64,000 bases of DNA from contig OZ076412.1 in NCBI GenBank assembly GCA_964187785.1, forward strand, positions 39,928,001-39,992,000, given 5' to 3'. Shown here piece after piece: positions 1 through 13,059 of this stretch. The notes under the pieces are model-generated. The model worked only from the letters and a program-made list of their open reading frames with translations, made no database searches and was not told the DNA's origin. Both the position numbers and the translations under genes were made by a program. This DNA comes from Amphiscolops sp. MND2022. Its lineage: Eukaryota. How positions within the stretch are numbered: the first letter of the stretch is position 1; every line of letters begins with the position of its first letter.

Positions 1-1052
1 GTGCAAAAAGCACACTATTTTTTAAATTATGCATTTGACAAAAAAGTCACAAGAACAAACGTTTCATGTTTTGATCAAAATATTTTCTGAAATCGAGCAA
101 AAATTTAGAGTTATCTCACGTTGAAGTTTGGAATTTTTCACGTTTCTCACCTTGGAATTTTTCAAGCTTTATCACGCAACATCTCAGAAGGAAATGGTCA
201 TAAGAAAAACCTACATCGGTCTGTTTTAAAGCTTTGACACGGTTCTTGAACTTATATTTAGAACACTTTTAAAAATGAGCAGGAACTTAAGCTTATGAGC
301 AGGAACACCGGTGAATACAACTCTAAGGAGTTCCAATACGACCTGATCTTAAAGCAAATTGTACCTCAGACAATCGGTGAGCGGTAGACACCGCATGACA
401 AGAAGCATATAACTTTAAGGAGATAATCAAAGAAAATGCCGTATAATTTTGAACTTTTGTCAAGTTTCAAGCTATTTTATTTCTGAGAGTAGGAAAAATA
501 GTCTAAAATATCATCTTTCAGCGTGCACAAATCTTTGAGAGCGCTTCGCAAGCTATATAATCTAAGTTGGCCTTTTTCGACACTGAGACCAAAATTGAAT
601 TTCTCAGCATGTGCACTGAGTACGTATGAGTAGTCATGCTATCGCATTCAATTTTCTAACAAGAGCCCCGATTCCAATTGACTTATAAAACATAACACCC
701 GCTAAGCTCCAGTATATTTTAGCACCGCAGCATGGTAGCAACATACATACAGAAAATCGCTGAAAAAGGCATAAAAATTGAAGCAAAACTGAAATAATTT
801 CACTAAATTGAGCAGAAACTTCAAAGGTAAAATTTTATACAACTCAGAGGTGGTTTTTCCATTTTAGCATTCAGAACACTTGAAAAACAAACGTTCATAA
901 ACTAACGGGGTATGACATTTTTCACCTTGGTGACAAATTTTCTTCAAGACCGCAATTTCTTTAAGATGAAATATAAGATGGAGGAAAAGTGGCTTTTGAT
1001 AATAAACTCATCTCGAATACCAATATAGAATTATAATAAATTGCAGCATTGC

Positions 1053-2173
1053 TTACAAAACAATATAACGTCTACTTTTTCTGATCAACAATTCATAGAG
1101 GATAGAAATACAAATAGAGATGACAAACAAAACTGATACGCAATAATATGATGTCGCGTAGCTGCCTGTTTGCTGATACAGCATGCCCATGACAATAATT
1201 ACAGGCAAGTTAGAGCAACCATTAGCCAGACAAAAAAATCCAGCGGCCAGATCTCTCCCAGAAGATACACAATCTTTTATTAGTAGGAAGTCGGAAACGT
1301 TGATGACACCCCCACCGATTCCGATGAAGAAGTAGTAAAACAGTTGATATTCAGGTCCCGAGAAAACATTGCTCAGAACAGTGGATATAGCCAGAGAAAG
1401 TTTGGCCAGTTGACTCATCCGGATAGGGGTCGCAAGGCCTCTGGTTGCCGTGACTCCGACAAGAATGCGGACGACTACTTGAAGACACCCGTTAAGAGCC
1501 AGAGACAAGGGTCCCGAACTGACGCCTCCCTGGAGAAGCCGAATTGGGTGATGAGTCATAAGCCCATCGAATCCGGAACTGCCAATAGCGAAGGACAAAA
1601 GCATACAAACGAAGGGTCCATTCAGAAAGAGACCTTTAAAAAGACCCAAAACAGTCAACTCAGTCGTTTTTTGGAACGTCAATGAAATATTAGGAATTGG
1701 AGCTATTTCTTGCGACACCGCAAAACTTCTGGATGGAAAAAGCGAATCACTGCTGCTGGTTGCATTTGACGAGGACTCATAAGAACGTTCGTTCAACAGC
1801 GGTGCGTGTTCTTGAATCACCTCTTCTTCACTTTCTTTCAATTTTTCTCCACTCGATTTTATAGATAAAATCCTGACGACGTGAGGTGACAAAATAATGG
1901 ATGTGATTATGAGCACAACTAGGAAAGACAGCTGGATCAAGTATACAGTTCTCCAGCCCAAGGGTTTCAAAAACAGTCCAAAAATGAGGCACTCCGGCAA
2001 CACTCCGATGCCAGTTCCGGCTAAAACCGCACTGCTGAAGAGGTAGAGTTGGTCGTCTGAGAAGAAATAGAAAAGAGCGTTGTAGCACGAGGCAAAGCAT
2101 AACGACATACTCAAGCCGATAAAAATAACATTGAAAACAAACAAGGGCCAAAAGGAATTCGAGAAACTAGCAC
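1053..2173 (-). CDS. SLC16/MCT-like MFS transporter, exon 3 (terminal exon, most TM helices)
   Basis: The 390-aa hydrophobic ORF has MCT-like motifs (AGTGIG, LGWR, a long acidic central loop, a second TM bundle). Acceptor cattttag|GT at 2174/2173 is phase 1 and matches exon 2. Stop at 1053-1055. Confidence 0.9.
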
Positions 2174-2478
2174 CTAAAATGTCCGTTTCGATGCTATTTT
2201 GAGAATGCATAGAGTGACAAAACACTTACTAGTTTACATAACAAAAAAAACTCATCCCCGAGGTGTACCTGCAGAGACTCAATGGATCATCTGCAAAATA
2301 GACATATGAACGTGAAAACACAAACCAAATTATGGTCAAATTACCAGTAAATGATTTTACTGGCTAATATATGGTACTTAGTTTGTTATTTTATTGTTGA
2401 GCGTCGTAACTCAATTTTATGCGAATATATAAATTTTGAAGTTTCTTGATTTTTTTTTGTTTCTGCTAACAGTCAATG

Positions 2479-3051
2479 TTAACCCTAAATGGACCAGCAC
2501 ATTTCCGGATCCATCCAAAACTCTGGTGTTTAAACTTTAAGCCGCAATATCTCCTAAATTATTCAAGTCCGACGAACGATTCATGGCGCGTTCGAAAGAA
2601 GACAATCAGGGCTTTCGATTTGATTTTTGAACTGTTGGGCTAGAGCCCGCTAACGCGGTCCCCTTGCTCGCAAAATTTGCACTGGCCTTTGCGCCTGGCT
2701 CCGGACTTTGCGCCAAAACTTTGCACGCCTCTGGTGTCTAATTGCCTTTCAGCATGTTTCAACACATGCTAGGGTCACTGACTCAATCGTGATAACAGTG
2801 GGATAAAAGGGCAAGACACGAGAAGAGGAAAAACGGAAAATCTACGCACAATTTTTTTCAGATTTTTTGGTCCCACTTTCATGATTTCGGAGACATCTTG
2901 TCAATATTCCGTGAAATGGCGTGCAGTGCTATGTAAAATCGTCTGAAAATCTTATTCAAGAGTTTTCTTCACCATACAGTCAGCTGGTGCGTTTAGAAGT
3001 TTGCAGAATTTAACTGGTACGAAATCATAACCATGTTCCATTTAGGGTTAA
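2479..3051 (+). mobile_element. piggyBac-type MITE, copy 1 (non-autonomous, ~565 bp), in MFS intron 2
   Basis: TTAA|CCCTAAATGGACCA ... TGTTCCATTTAGGG|TTAA: TTAA target duplication plus CCC/GGG terminal inverted repeats, as in piggyBac. No ORF. A second copy is at 13060-13648. Confidence 0.85.
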
Positions 3052-3499
3052 GGTAAAGTCCCGTCTCTTGGCCTAGTGATTAGGCGACGTGCTTCGCAAA
3101 CAGCAGGTCTTGCATTCGAATTCCGCCTCGGCACATTTTCGCTTTCTTTTCGAATAAGCAGTAGTACCGGATATAACGTAATATACTTCGGATATAACGC
3201 TTTTTTGTTGGCGCTTTTCTAGTGAAAAGAGCCCGACTATTACAGTGGCTAGTTCTTTTTTCGTCAGACCACAGACCTCATCGTGTATATACCACTTTTT
3301 AGTACAGACCTTACTCGGTTTACGGTGAACCCAGCGATCACGGGTTCCAGTCCTTGCTTTAGCCAGAAACTTTTTCGAGCAGTTGCAAAAGCGGACTTTC
3401 AATTCAAAACCCTCTCTTTCAATTTTTTTTCGGCACCGTGCGCCGTTTTTTTTCGAATTTTTTTGCCTTCAAAGGGTCCCCCACCAATTTAGCAACAAA

Positions 3500-4500
3500 C
3501 TGGATTTTCAAAAAACCTAAAAGGGTCCCCCCGTTTACAGGTTTAAAAACTTAGCGCTTTTTGAGCCTTAGATATTTAGACGTTCCCGTCTTGTTGTAAC
3601 AAAAACTACCCGAATCCTACAGTGGCAAATCAGACCTAACACTGAATGGTTTACTTTCTGAACTTTACGTCTACGTTCTAAAGGGTACGCCCTTCGAGTA
3701 TTTCATAGCTTTACCCTATCCTCGAAAACTATGTGGGGCCGAAGGTTCCCCTATTAAGTTTTTTCCGCACTGGAAAACGTTTCTCAAAATTTTAAAAACG
3801 TCATCAAAGGGTCCGTCCCTCTTCAATTTTCCTTTCTTCACTCAGAAAAAAAATGTTTTTTGAGCCTAAATGATCCCCTTTGGGTTTTTCGGCAATGTGC
3901 GACTTTCGTCGAGGGATTTTTTTGAAAAATATTTCTTTCCTTAATTTTGCATTAAATCTTCGGTTAGAGAAGTGTTTTGTCAGCCCAAAAAGCGCCTTTC
4001 TGGCACTCTGAAATTTATGAAAATTTCATCAGTCATCCTCAGCATTTCGTCAAAAAAGTTCCCTCTTTTCATCGAAGAAACAACTTTTGAGAAGCTCAAA
4101 AAATCCCCTCTTGAAAACTTTCAGGCAGTTATATATTTTCCCAAAAGTTTCCCGAAAGCCACTACTGTGCATCTTTCATAATATTTTAGCCTTAAGCAAG
4201 GCGTCAATTTTAGACGTTCCCGTCTGATTTTAAATACTTTCCTCTGAGTGAGAGCATCAAAAAAAAAGGAAAATAGGGGAAATGATTTTGGATTTTTTTC
4301 GAAACAAGTTACAGTGCCGCAAAACTTGCAGGGATCACCCTTTACGCTCTTGAAATGTATTGCCCTAACGGAAAAAATCAGAGGGGAAACGTTCGGAGAA
4401 AGTCGCAGAGTGCCCAGAAAACCCCAAAAACCCTTTGGTTCCAAATAGTTTCGGGGATACCGTAAATACTATGAAAAACCCAAAACGAGTACCCTTTAGT
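3500..4500. repeat. Old degenerate repeat / fold-back-like element
   Basis: Exact 17-mer tttagacgttcccgtct at ~3576 and ~4209. ttttgagcct-like motifs recur about 310 bp apart. 3678-3745 is a degenerate inverted copy of 4432-4499 (ctaaagggtac...tttcatag...tatcc.cgaaa). Confidence 0.4.
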
Positions 4501-5329
4501 CTCCTTGAGTGCCATTTAGAATTCAGGCGTAAAGTCTTCAAAAAGTGGATGATTCAGTGTGCGGTCTGTAGTCTGACGAAAAATTTTTCTTGATAGCTTC
4601 AGATAGATTGTTACAGGGTTGTTTGATGTTGAAAAATGAGGTTTATCAAAATATAAAACAAGACGCCCGCTGAGCAGCGAGATACTTTCCGCCCCAAACT
4701 GTTCTACAACTACGTAAATTTGAGGCTCAAGAATAGCCAATGCAATATGAAAACGCAAGAAGTTCGAATAAAAAAAAAGCATTTGATACATTTTAGCCCA
4801 ATTTTAAAGGAAACGCCTAAATTATTAATTCTGCAATAGCTGGCCACTTTTCCTTTTTTTGGCACTAAGCGAAATTTTGAGTTTTTGAGGTTTTTTGTAA
4901 AGCAAATAAGTTTCCCGAGTCTCGAGGGTGACGTGACCTCTTTGTTACTTTTGATCATGTGGATCATGTTTTCTTACTGATTGTGGAGAATACATCATGT
5001 TTTTTTTTCAGCTCTGTGCGTCTTTCCGATACTTTCATTTGGTCGAAGGGTACCCAATTGCTTTCTTAGCTGATTTTGGCTTGAGAAAAGTAGTTTTGCG
5101 AGCTGAAACGTGTTCCGCCATCATAGGACTTTACCGAAAAAAGTCAAAAAAATTTTTTTGTGATTCCTGTTGGGGAAAAGTGGTTTCCGAGTCTCAGGCG
5201 TATTTCTTGAGGTAATTTTTCGCACTGAGAAAAAAGGAAAACCTTGAAACCAGGTCCTTTGCAAGTTTAGGAAACTTGAACGGTCCTGGTTTGTTATATT
5301 ATTGCACATAGTTTCACCAGAAGTGTCAG

Positions 5330-7250
5330 AAATGGAAACATTTTCGACACCTTTAGGGTCAATTTAAGGAACTTTTCTAACATGAATCTACAGATGTCTC
5401 TTCAAAAATAAGCCTACTGGACACCGAGTTCAGTTGTAGTTGATAGTTCACACCATTCTAACTCACGAAGTAGCTCGAAACAGTTTCCTTCGGAAGGTGT
5501 ACTCCATATCTAGTGAATTTGGAGCTTTTTGAATATTGTACAGATAAGGTCGAAATTTACGTTTTCAAAAACTTGTGCAAAAACACTTGACTGATATTTT
5601 TAACACTATTGGTAGCTACACGTTTCAAACCTGAGCGTCATGGTATTTCTGATTGAAGGAAATTTTCGGAAAGTGTCCAAATTTGGGACTATGTTCTCGA
5701 AAGTAGGGAAAATGCGGAAATTTTGACACCTTTGTTGTAAACTCGATGAACTTCATCCCACTTTTTTCCCAAATTGAGTTTTGAATACCCCATTGTCAAC
5801 GCTCAGGTCAATGCAAGTTATATTGTTCAAAAACTTTCGTGGTTTGAACAAAAAATGGGATTAATTTGTCAAAAAACGTGCTTTTCTGTTGTTACATGGA
5901 TTTTAGGGTGTTTTTGAGGCCACTTCCAACCAGAAAATTGCAGTTACATCCTCGAAATTGCCTACCTACTGGATACCAGGATTATTCACTGTTGAGTTTT
6001 TTACACCATTTTGTGCAGGGAAGTAGCTCAAAAGTTGTACAAAAAACTGCTTAAAAATGTTGAAAGTTTGGAATTTTTGTTTTTGCAAAATTTGGGTCAT
6101 TCTGAGGAAACTTTCTTCCCCAAAAGATGCCAATTTCCTTTTTGAAAAACGTGCTGTGGACCTAGTTTTATCATCTGGAGCTTTTCGAAGCTTTTAGTTT
6201 TATCATCTGGAGCTTTTCGAAGCTTTTTCGAAGCGAAAAAATTTCGACATTTTGCAGTCAATTTCGAGCCATTTTCCGGCCAAAGTCTGTAAATATTTCT
6301 TTACCAGCCTACTGGATTATGAGTTCAACCTTTGTTGCATGTTTGCCATTATTCTGACTCCAAAACGATTCAAAAAGTACACAAAAGTTGCACAAAAACG
6401 AAGATGTTGAAAGTTTTCAGCTCATTTGGAATCATTCCGGAATGTTTTTGAAGCAAAACGCTGCAACGTTCTCTTCAAAAAAATATTAGATATTCTCTTG
6501 TTGATTGTCTAGAAACTTATAATCAAATCTCTCGGATATTGTACAGAAATTGCATCTAAAACGACAAAATGTTCAAGTTTGTCTGCAATTTCAGGGTCAA
6601 TTTGATGCATTTTTCTTTCACAAATTGAACTTATCTTTTGGCGAAAGCTCACCGAAACAACGAATAGTCCCATTTTTCAGGGGTTTTAACATTCTAGTCC
6701 ACGAAGTCTATGAATAGTTTGACAAAAATAATTTGAAAACTTTTCGATATTCTGTCTTTTTCGATGTCAATTCCAGACATTTTTCATTCGAAAAACTGCA
6801 CTTATCTCTTCTCTAAGCGTACTGGACAACACATTTTTTCCTTGATGAACCTTTTCAACATTCGAATCCACGAAGTCTGTCAAAAATTTGGGAAAAATGC
6901 ATGAACTTTGAAAAATGGAAAACTGGGATTTTTGTCATTTTCGGTGTCAATTTGAGACATGTTTCATTCAGAAAATGCAATTATCTCTTCATAAAAGACT
7001 ACTGGACAACGAATTTTCACCCTAATGAACGTTTTCAACATTCTAATCCACGGAGACGAAATTGTGACAGAAATGGCAGAAAAACTTTGAAAACTGGAAA
7101 ATTTTGGGTTTTTTTGTGTTCATTCTTGTTCATTCGGGAAAACAGCAATTATCTCTTCATAGAAGACTATTGGACAACGAGTCCGTGCCTTTTTGAACGT
7201 TTTCAACATTCTAATTCACGATATCTATTGAAAAATTGACAAAATTTTTA
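5330..7250. repeat. Decayed A/T-tract-rich satellite, ~170-185 bp period
   Basis: The core motif (c/g)ta(c/t)tgga...aacattcta recurs at ~5414, 5966, 6309, ~6650, 6819, 6999 and 7167. Similarity rises to the right. Confidence 0.55.
6163..6226. repeat. Perfect 32-bp tandem duplication
   Basis: tagttttatcatctggagcttttcgaagcttt occurs twice, head to tail. Confidence 0.9.
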
Positions 7251-10018
7251 TTGAAACGCAAAAAAAACGAAATTTTTGCAAATTTCATCATTTTTGGGCC
7301 ATTCTGGGGTCAACGAAAAAAAGTCCAGAAATCTCCACAAATACATATCGCACGAAGCTAAATTTATGTGAGTTGAATTTTATGGGTAACACCCTTAAAG
7401 TTTGATATTAATTAGGTGCTTGGCAAATTTTGTAGAAAAAAAACCGTTTGATTTAAATATTTTCCTTTCCGATATGGAATATGAGCGGAAAATAAAATAA
7501 ACAGCAACACGTCCGCTAACTTGTTCTATTACTCAGAGATGTAACCAAAGAGAATAGTCAGGATGTACATCAAAACACAAAAAAATGTAAACATTTCAGG
7601 ATTTCATTCAACATCAGCTGCTACCAAGTCTCAGTGGTCACGGTCAAGTTGCACAGAGCTGAACGATAACTTTTAATAGGAGGCCACTGTCACTGCAGTA
7701 GTTTTGATACCCTAGTGGAAGCTTTCAATAAAAATGGCAAACGTCCTAGGAAAGTCGTCACTTATTGAAAAAAGTGCTTTCCGAACTTTGCTAGCCTCAT
7801 CATTGTACCTTTCGTTTGCAATCCTAGTCTGGTATCATCTGAAAACTGATCCAAAGTAAGAAAATTGCTTAAAAACAGTTGGCTTTTTAACTCATATTTC
7901 AAAATGATTATAATTAAACTGATTTAAAATTAGAATGCCCAAAACTGAATGTTTCTCAGCAACAATTTCAACACATCAGAAAATGCAATTATCTCTTCAT
8001 AAAAGACTACTGGACAACGAATTTTCACCCTAATGAACGTTTTCAACATTCTAATCCACGGAGACGAAATTGTGACAGAAATGGAAGAAAAACTTTGAAA
8101 ACTGGAAAATTTTGGGTTTTTTTTGTCATTTTCGGTGTCATTTTGAGATCTTGTTCATTCGGGAAAACAGCAATTATCTCTTCATAGAAGACTATTGGAC
8201 AACGAGTCCGTGCCTTTTTGAACGTTTTCAACATTCTAATTCACGATATCTATTGAAAAATTGACAAAATTTTTATTGAAACGCAAAAAAAACGAAATTT
8301 TTGCAAATTTCATCATTTTTGGGCCATTCTGGGGTCAACGAAAAAAAGTCCAGAAATCTCCACAAATACATATCGCACGAAGCTAAATTTATGTGAGTTG
8401 AATTTTATGGGTAACACCCTTAAAGTTTGATATTAATTAGGTGCTTGGCAAATTTTGTAGAAAAAAAACCGTTTGATTTAAATATTTTCCTTTCCGATAT
8501 GGAATATGGGCGGAAAATAAAATAAACAGCAACACGTCCGCTAACTTGTTCTATTACTCAGAGATGTAACCAAAGAGAATAGTCAGGATGTACATCAAAA
8601 CACAAAAAAATGTAAACATTTCAGGATTTCATTCAACATCAGCTGCTACCAAGTCTCAGTGGTCACGGTCAAGTTGCACAGAGCTGAACGATAACTTTTA
8701 ATAGGAGGCCACTGTCACTGCAGTAGTTTTGATACCCTAGTGGAAGCTTTCAATAAAAATGGCAAACGTCCTAGGAAAGTCGTCACTTATTGAAAAAAGT
8801 GCTTTCCGAACTTTGCTAGCCTCATCATTGTACCTTTCGTTTGCAATCCTAGTCTGGTATCATCTGAAAACTGATCCAAAGTAAGAAAATTGCTTAAAAA
8901 CAGAGTTGGCTTTTTAACTCATATTTCAAAATGATTATAATTAAACTGATTTAAAATTAGAATGCCCAAAACTGAATGTTTCTCAGCAACAATTTCAACA
9001 CATCAGAAAATGCAATTATCTCTTCATAAAAGACTACTGGACAACGAATTTTCACCCTAATGAACGTTTTCAACATTCTAATCCACGGAGACGAAATTGT
9101 GACAGAAATGGCAGAAAAACTTTGAAAACTGGAAAATTTGGGTTTTTTTGTCATTTTCGGTGTCATTTTGAGATCTTGTTCATTCGAGAAAACAGCAATT
9201 ATCTCTTCATAGAAGACTATTGGACAACGAGTCCGTGCCTTTTTGAACGTTTTCAACATTCTAATTCACGATATCTATTGAAAAATTGACAAAATTTTTA
9301 TTGAAACGCAAAAAAAACGAAATTTTTGCAAATTTCATCATTTTTGGGCCATTCTGGGGTCAACGAAAAAAAGTCCAGAAATCTCCACAAATACATATCG
9401 CACGAAGCTAAATTTATGTGAGTATGGGTAACACCCTTAAAGTTTGATATTAATTAGGTGCTTGGCAAATTTTGTAGAAAAAAACCGTTTGATTTAGATA
9501 TTTTCCTTTCCGATATGGAATATGGGCGGAAAATAAAATAAACAGCAACACGTCCGCTAACTTGTTCTATTACTCAGAGATGTAACCAAAGAGAATAGTC
9601 AGGATGTACATCAAAACACAAAAAAAGGTAAACATTTCAGGATTTCATTCAACATCAGCTGCTACCAAGTCTCAGTGGTCACGGTCAAGTTGCACAGAGC
9701 TGAACGATAACTTTTAATAGGAGGCCACTGTCACTGCAGTAGTTTTGATACCCTAGTGGAAGCTTTCAATAAAAATGGCAAACGTCCTAGGAAAGTCGTC
9801 ACTTATTGAAAAAAGTGCTTTCCGAACTTTGCTAGCCTCATCATTGTACCTTTCGTTTGCAATCCTAGTCTGGTATCATCTGAAAACTGATCCAAAGTAA
9901 GAAAATTGCTTAAAAACAGAGTTGGCTTTTTAACTCATATTTCAAAATGATTATAATTAAACTGATTTAAAATTAGAATGCCCAAAACTGAATGTTTCTC
10001 AGCAACAATTTCAACACA
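6969..10018. repeat. Recent tandem triplication of a ~1.0-kb unit in MFS intron 2
   Basis: cagaaaatgcaattatctcttcataaaag starts at 6969, 7977 and 9004 (periods 1008 and 1027). Copies are nearly identical apart from small indels. The third copy ends at ...tttcaacaca (~10018). Confidence 0.95.
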
Positions 10019-10880
10019 AATTTCCCAACTCTAAGTCGGTTTTTAATCTTCGAACATTTTTAGTCTCCAGTACTCGGAACACAAAAGAAAATCTGCAGAA
10101 CCGTAGATGAATTAAGTCATCCACGACAAAAAAGCCCCATTTTGGCTGAATCTGATCAATCATGAAAATAATAATATAATAGTTTGGATCAATTTGATGA
10201 TAATCTTAGGGCAAAAACCGGGCCCGTTCAGAATTTTCTAAAATTTTATCCATAAGCGCAGAAAACGCTAAAAGAAAAATTCGATTGCGAGAAATAAAAA
10301 CATTTACGTCGCTTAGATTCGAGCCCCCACTTTCTGCGAAAAAAAAAACGAAAAGGCGCTCCATTCAAATTAATAGCATTACATCCAAATTCTAAAATAT
10401 GTTTCCTCTTTTGTTTCCTCTCCACGGCCAAAAACTTTCAAAAGAACGTTCCACAACTTTTACAAGCTGGCCTTATTTTCTCCTTCCGAAGCACGATTAC
10501 TAAACTAGATCAAGTGAACAATATTTAGTCGACTTTTGAACAAGACAATAACTAGACTGATCTCAAGTCTGGAAGCAAGTGTTGAGAAAAATCACACATC
10601 ACTGAATGAAGATTTTAGATGAAACAGAAAAATGAAATCTTTATGCTGCTAGTTATTAACTGATATCATTTGCATGTGTTCAAAATTTGCAGTATTTTTC
10701 TCATCAGCCAATCCATCTAACCCTATTCCAGTTTGCTTTAATGATTTGATCTTTAGATAAGGAACTTGTATACAAGGTTGTGTCCCATTTGGAAAGCCGC
10801 TAATTAATATAACAAAATTTCGTTCGTCCGATTTTTTATAATCCGAAAGTCAGCTTGCGATGGAAAAGGACATGACTGGC

Positions 10881-11080
10881 CTATAAAGCCAATTGCCATC
10901 AGAGGCCACGCAGCTGAGATTGTGACGTAAGGCTTCAGTTTGAATTTGAGGATGATGATCTGCAGAAAAGGAGACACGATTTGATCTGCGAAAAAGGTCA
11001 TACTGTTGATAGTTGACCCTTCCGTAGGGGTCAGCAGACCTGTTTCTATCCAGCTCGCCTGGAAAAAGCCAATGGAATAG
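10881..11080 (-). CDS. SLC16/MCT-like MFS transporter, exon 2
   Basis: Acceptor tttttgtttcag|C at 11081/11080. The 200-nt exon reads YSIGFFQASWIETGLLTPTEGSTINSMTFFADQIVSPFLQIIILKFKLKPYVTISAAWPLMAIGFI(G), which resembles MCT TM1-TM3. It ends ATAG|GCCAGT (GC donor, phase 1) and joins in frame to G-ASFSNSF. Confidence 0.85.
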
Positions 11081-11241
11081 CTGAAACAAAAAGCTCCGTC
11101 AAAGTCGGATAAGGCATGATAAAAACGGGAAGGAACTTTCCTTCATCCTGGAAGATTTTTCTTGAGATGAAAAAAAAACTTTTACCGAGAGAAGTTAGAA
11201 TGAAGAGCCAGGAAAAAGCAAAGATGAGCGAGTGTACTTAC

Positions 11242-11333
11242 AGTTGGCCTCCACAAACTGCATAAGATAGAGTGAGCAACACCCCTACTAAGTAGTCCTG
11301 GGGAGAAGCTTTCAATGCACCGCCGAATGCCAT
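11242..11333 (-). CDS. SLC16/MCT-like MFS transporter, exon 1 (start codon)
   Basis: acaaATG at 11333 opens MAFGGALKASPQDYLVGVLLTLSYAVCGGQ(L), followed by a consensus donor CT|GTAAGT at 11241 (phase 2, matching exon 2). Intron 1 is 161 nt. The joined CDS is 92+200+1121=1413 nt, or 470 aa. Confidence 0.85.
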
Positions 11334-13059
11334 TTGTTTGTGCAGCTGCAGCTCCGGCAAGCAGACGCACCCTATCTGTTCTTTTCAAGCAATGATTCGA
11401 GCGAGGGCCACAGGAAAACTACAGTAGTTCTGCGGCGCGGCTTATTGATTAGCTACGACAATACTGGGCTACATACTAGGTCACGCCGCCTGTAAACTGA
11501 TCGATTACTGTGACAACAGAGACAAGCTCCAGCCCCCGTGATAACATACCATTGCATTCAATCTAATGTACACAAACTACTGATTACAAACTAGTACCAT
11601 AAATACATCGATACCCTTTTGTACCTCTTGCACCTGGCATGAAAGGTACGTTGATTGCCGCCATTACACGTGTTAGCCATAAAGCGTCGTTCAGGTCGCA
11701 AGCTTTCCAGTTTCAAGACAACGATGATGGCAAACGATGAGATGACCCCCGTGAAAACAAACTACACTACATATTTAGAATTAATTAAGCTTGCAGAACT
11801 ATCCAAGGGCGAATAAACCCTTGATTCCATCCTGATTTCCAACTGCAGTTTATTTTGAAAAATTTGAAGAAAAATAAATTCGAAGAAAAAAGATTCCAGT
11901 GTGATCAGTGATTATGAGCATTCTTCAGATATATTCGAAGACGCGCGGCGACAACTAATATCAAGCAACAACTCATATCAGGCGACAACTCATCAATTAC
12001 GGGTACAATTATCCAAATTATTTTTCAAAGACATTTCATTAGCAGCGATTTGAAACTTTTAAAAATGTGGAATTATGCCGCCATTTATGTGCTCTAGTCA
12101 AGATTTATTTCTCTGCAAACATTTTGATCACGGTGTGATGATGAAATGATAATCCAAAGCACTGGCATTTACATAAAAAATGTTGCTATATTATAATTAA
12201 ATAGTTTTGTATTACTTTATAAATTCAGAAAACAATTCCGCACTTTTCCTGATATAGTATTTTATTTTGTGATTTGAGGTTTGATTGATAGAGTGTTGTC
12301 GATTGATATCAGTTGTCGCTTTGATATGAATTGTCGCTGTAAGACATTGAAGGATGCTCAACCACAGGTCACCGTGTCTCATTTTTTCTCCGAAATAAAC
12401 TTCGGTTGGAAATCACACAAAGTGAGGACCGCGTCTAGGCCTTCATCTCCTTGTACACCAACCATAGTACCAAAAAGCTGAAGACATCTAATTTCTAAGG
12501 CAACAAAAAATTGAAAGCGCATTGAGTGGATATGCATTTGACAAACATCTCAGGCGCAAAGCCTCCTCAAATTCTGATCAGAATTCATATAAAATATATA
12601 CAGAAGATACTGTTTTGGGATCGAATACCCGTTACATCGATGTGATAAAACACTGTATTTTGGGATTTTTCGAACTTGTATTATTCAACACCTCGAAAAC
12701 TAGCGGTTTCCAGATACTGCAGGATACATTTTGGGAAATGCTAGAAGTCAAAAGAAAAGTAAGTGATGAAATTGTTTTTTTATTTCAAAAAGAAATTATC
12801 GTTTCGATCCTGTATAATTTGATCCTGAATAATTCGACACTCATACATGTGGATTGAATCGATTCCCCGAAAATGTAAATTTTTACAGGAGACGTCAACA
12901 TCAGAAAGCTGAAAATTATATAGCGCAAACAATAGACTCTAGACATCGTTATCATGAAAAAAAAAACAAAAATTTAATTTTAAGCAATTAAAGCGTCAAA
13001 AATTATGTGAAAGCCCTATGTGTGAATTTTGTTCCTATTTTAATAATTTTTAAACTTTG

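Noticed and set aside
1344-2151. Short ORFs 1344-1685 (+) and 1828-2151 (-)
   Set aside because: They are shadow frames of the MFS exon with no independent features.
2174-2225. ORF-track start (MFCHSMHSQ...) as the true N-terminus of the MFS protein
   Set aside because: It is intronic read-through upstream of the acceptor at 2174. The missing TM1-3 are encoded at 10881-11333.
2225-2300. Possible micro-exon (tattttgcag|ATGATCC... with GT donors)
   Set aside because: No frame is both stop-free and phase-compatible with the acceptor at 2174, and exon 2 already joins exon 3 without a gap.
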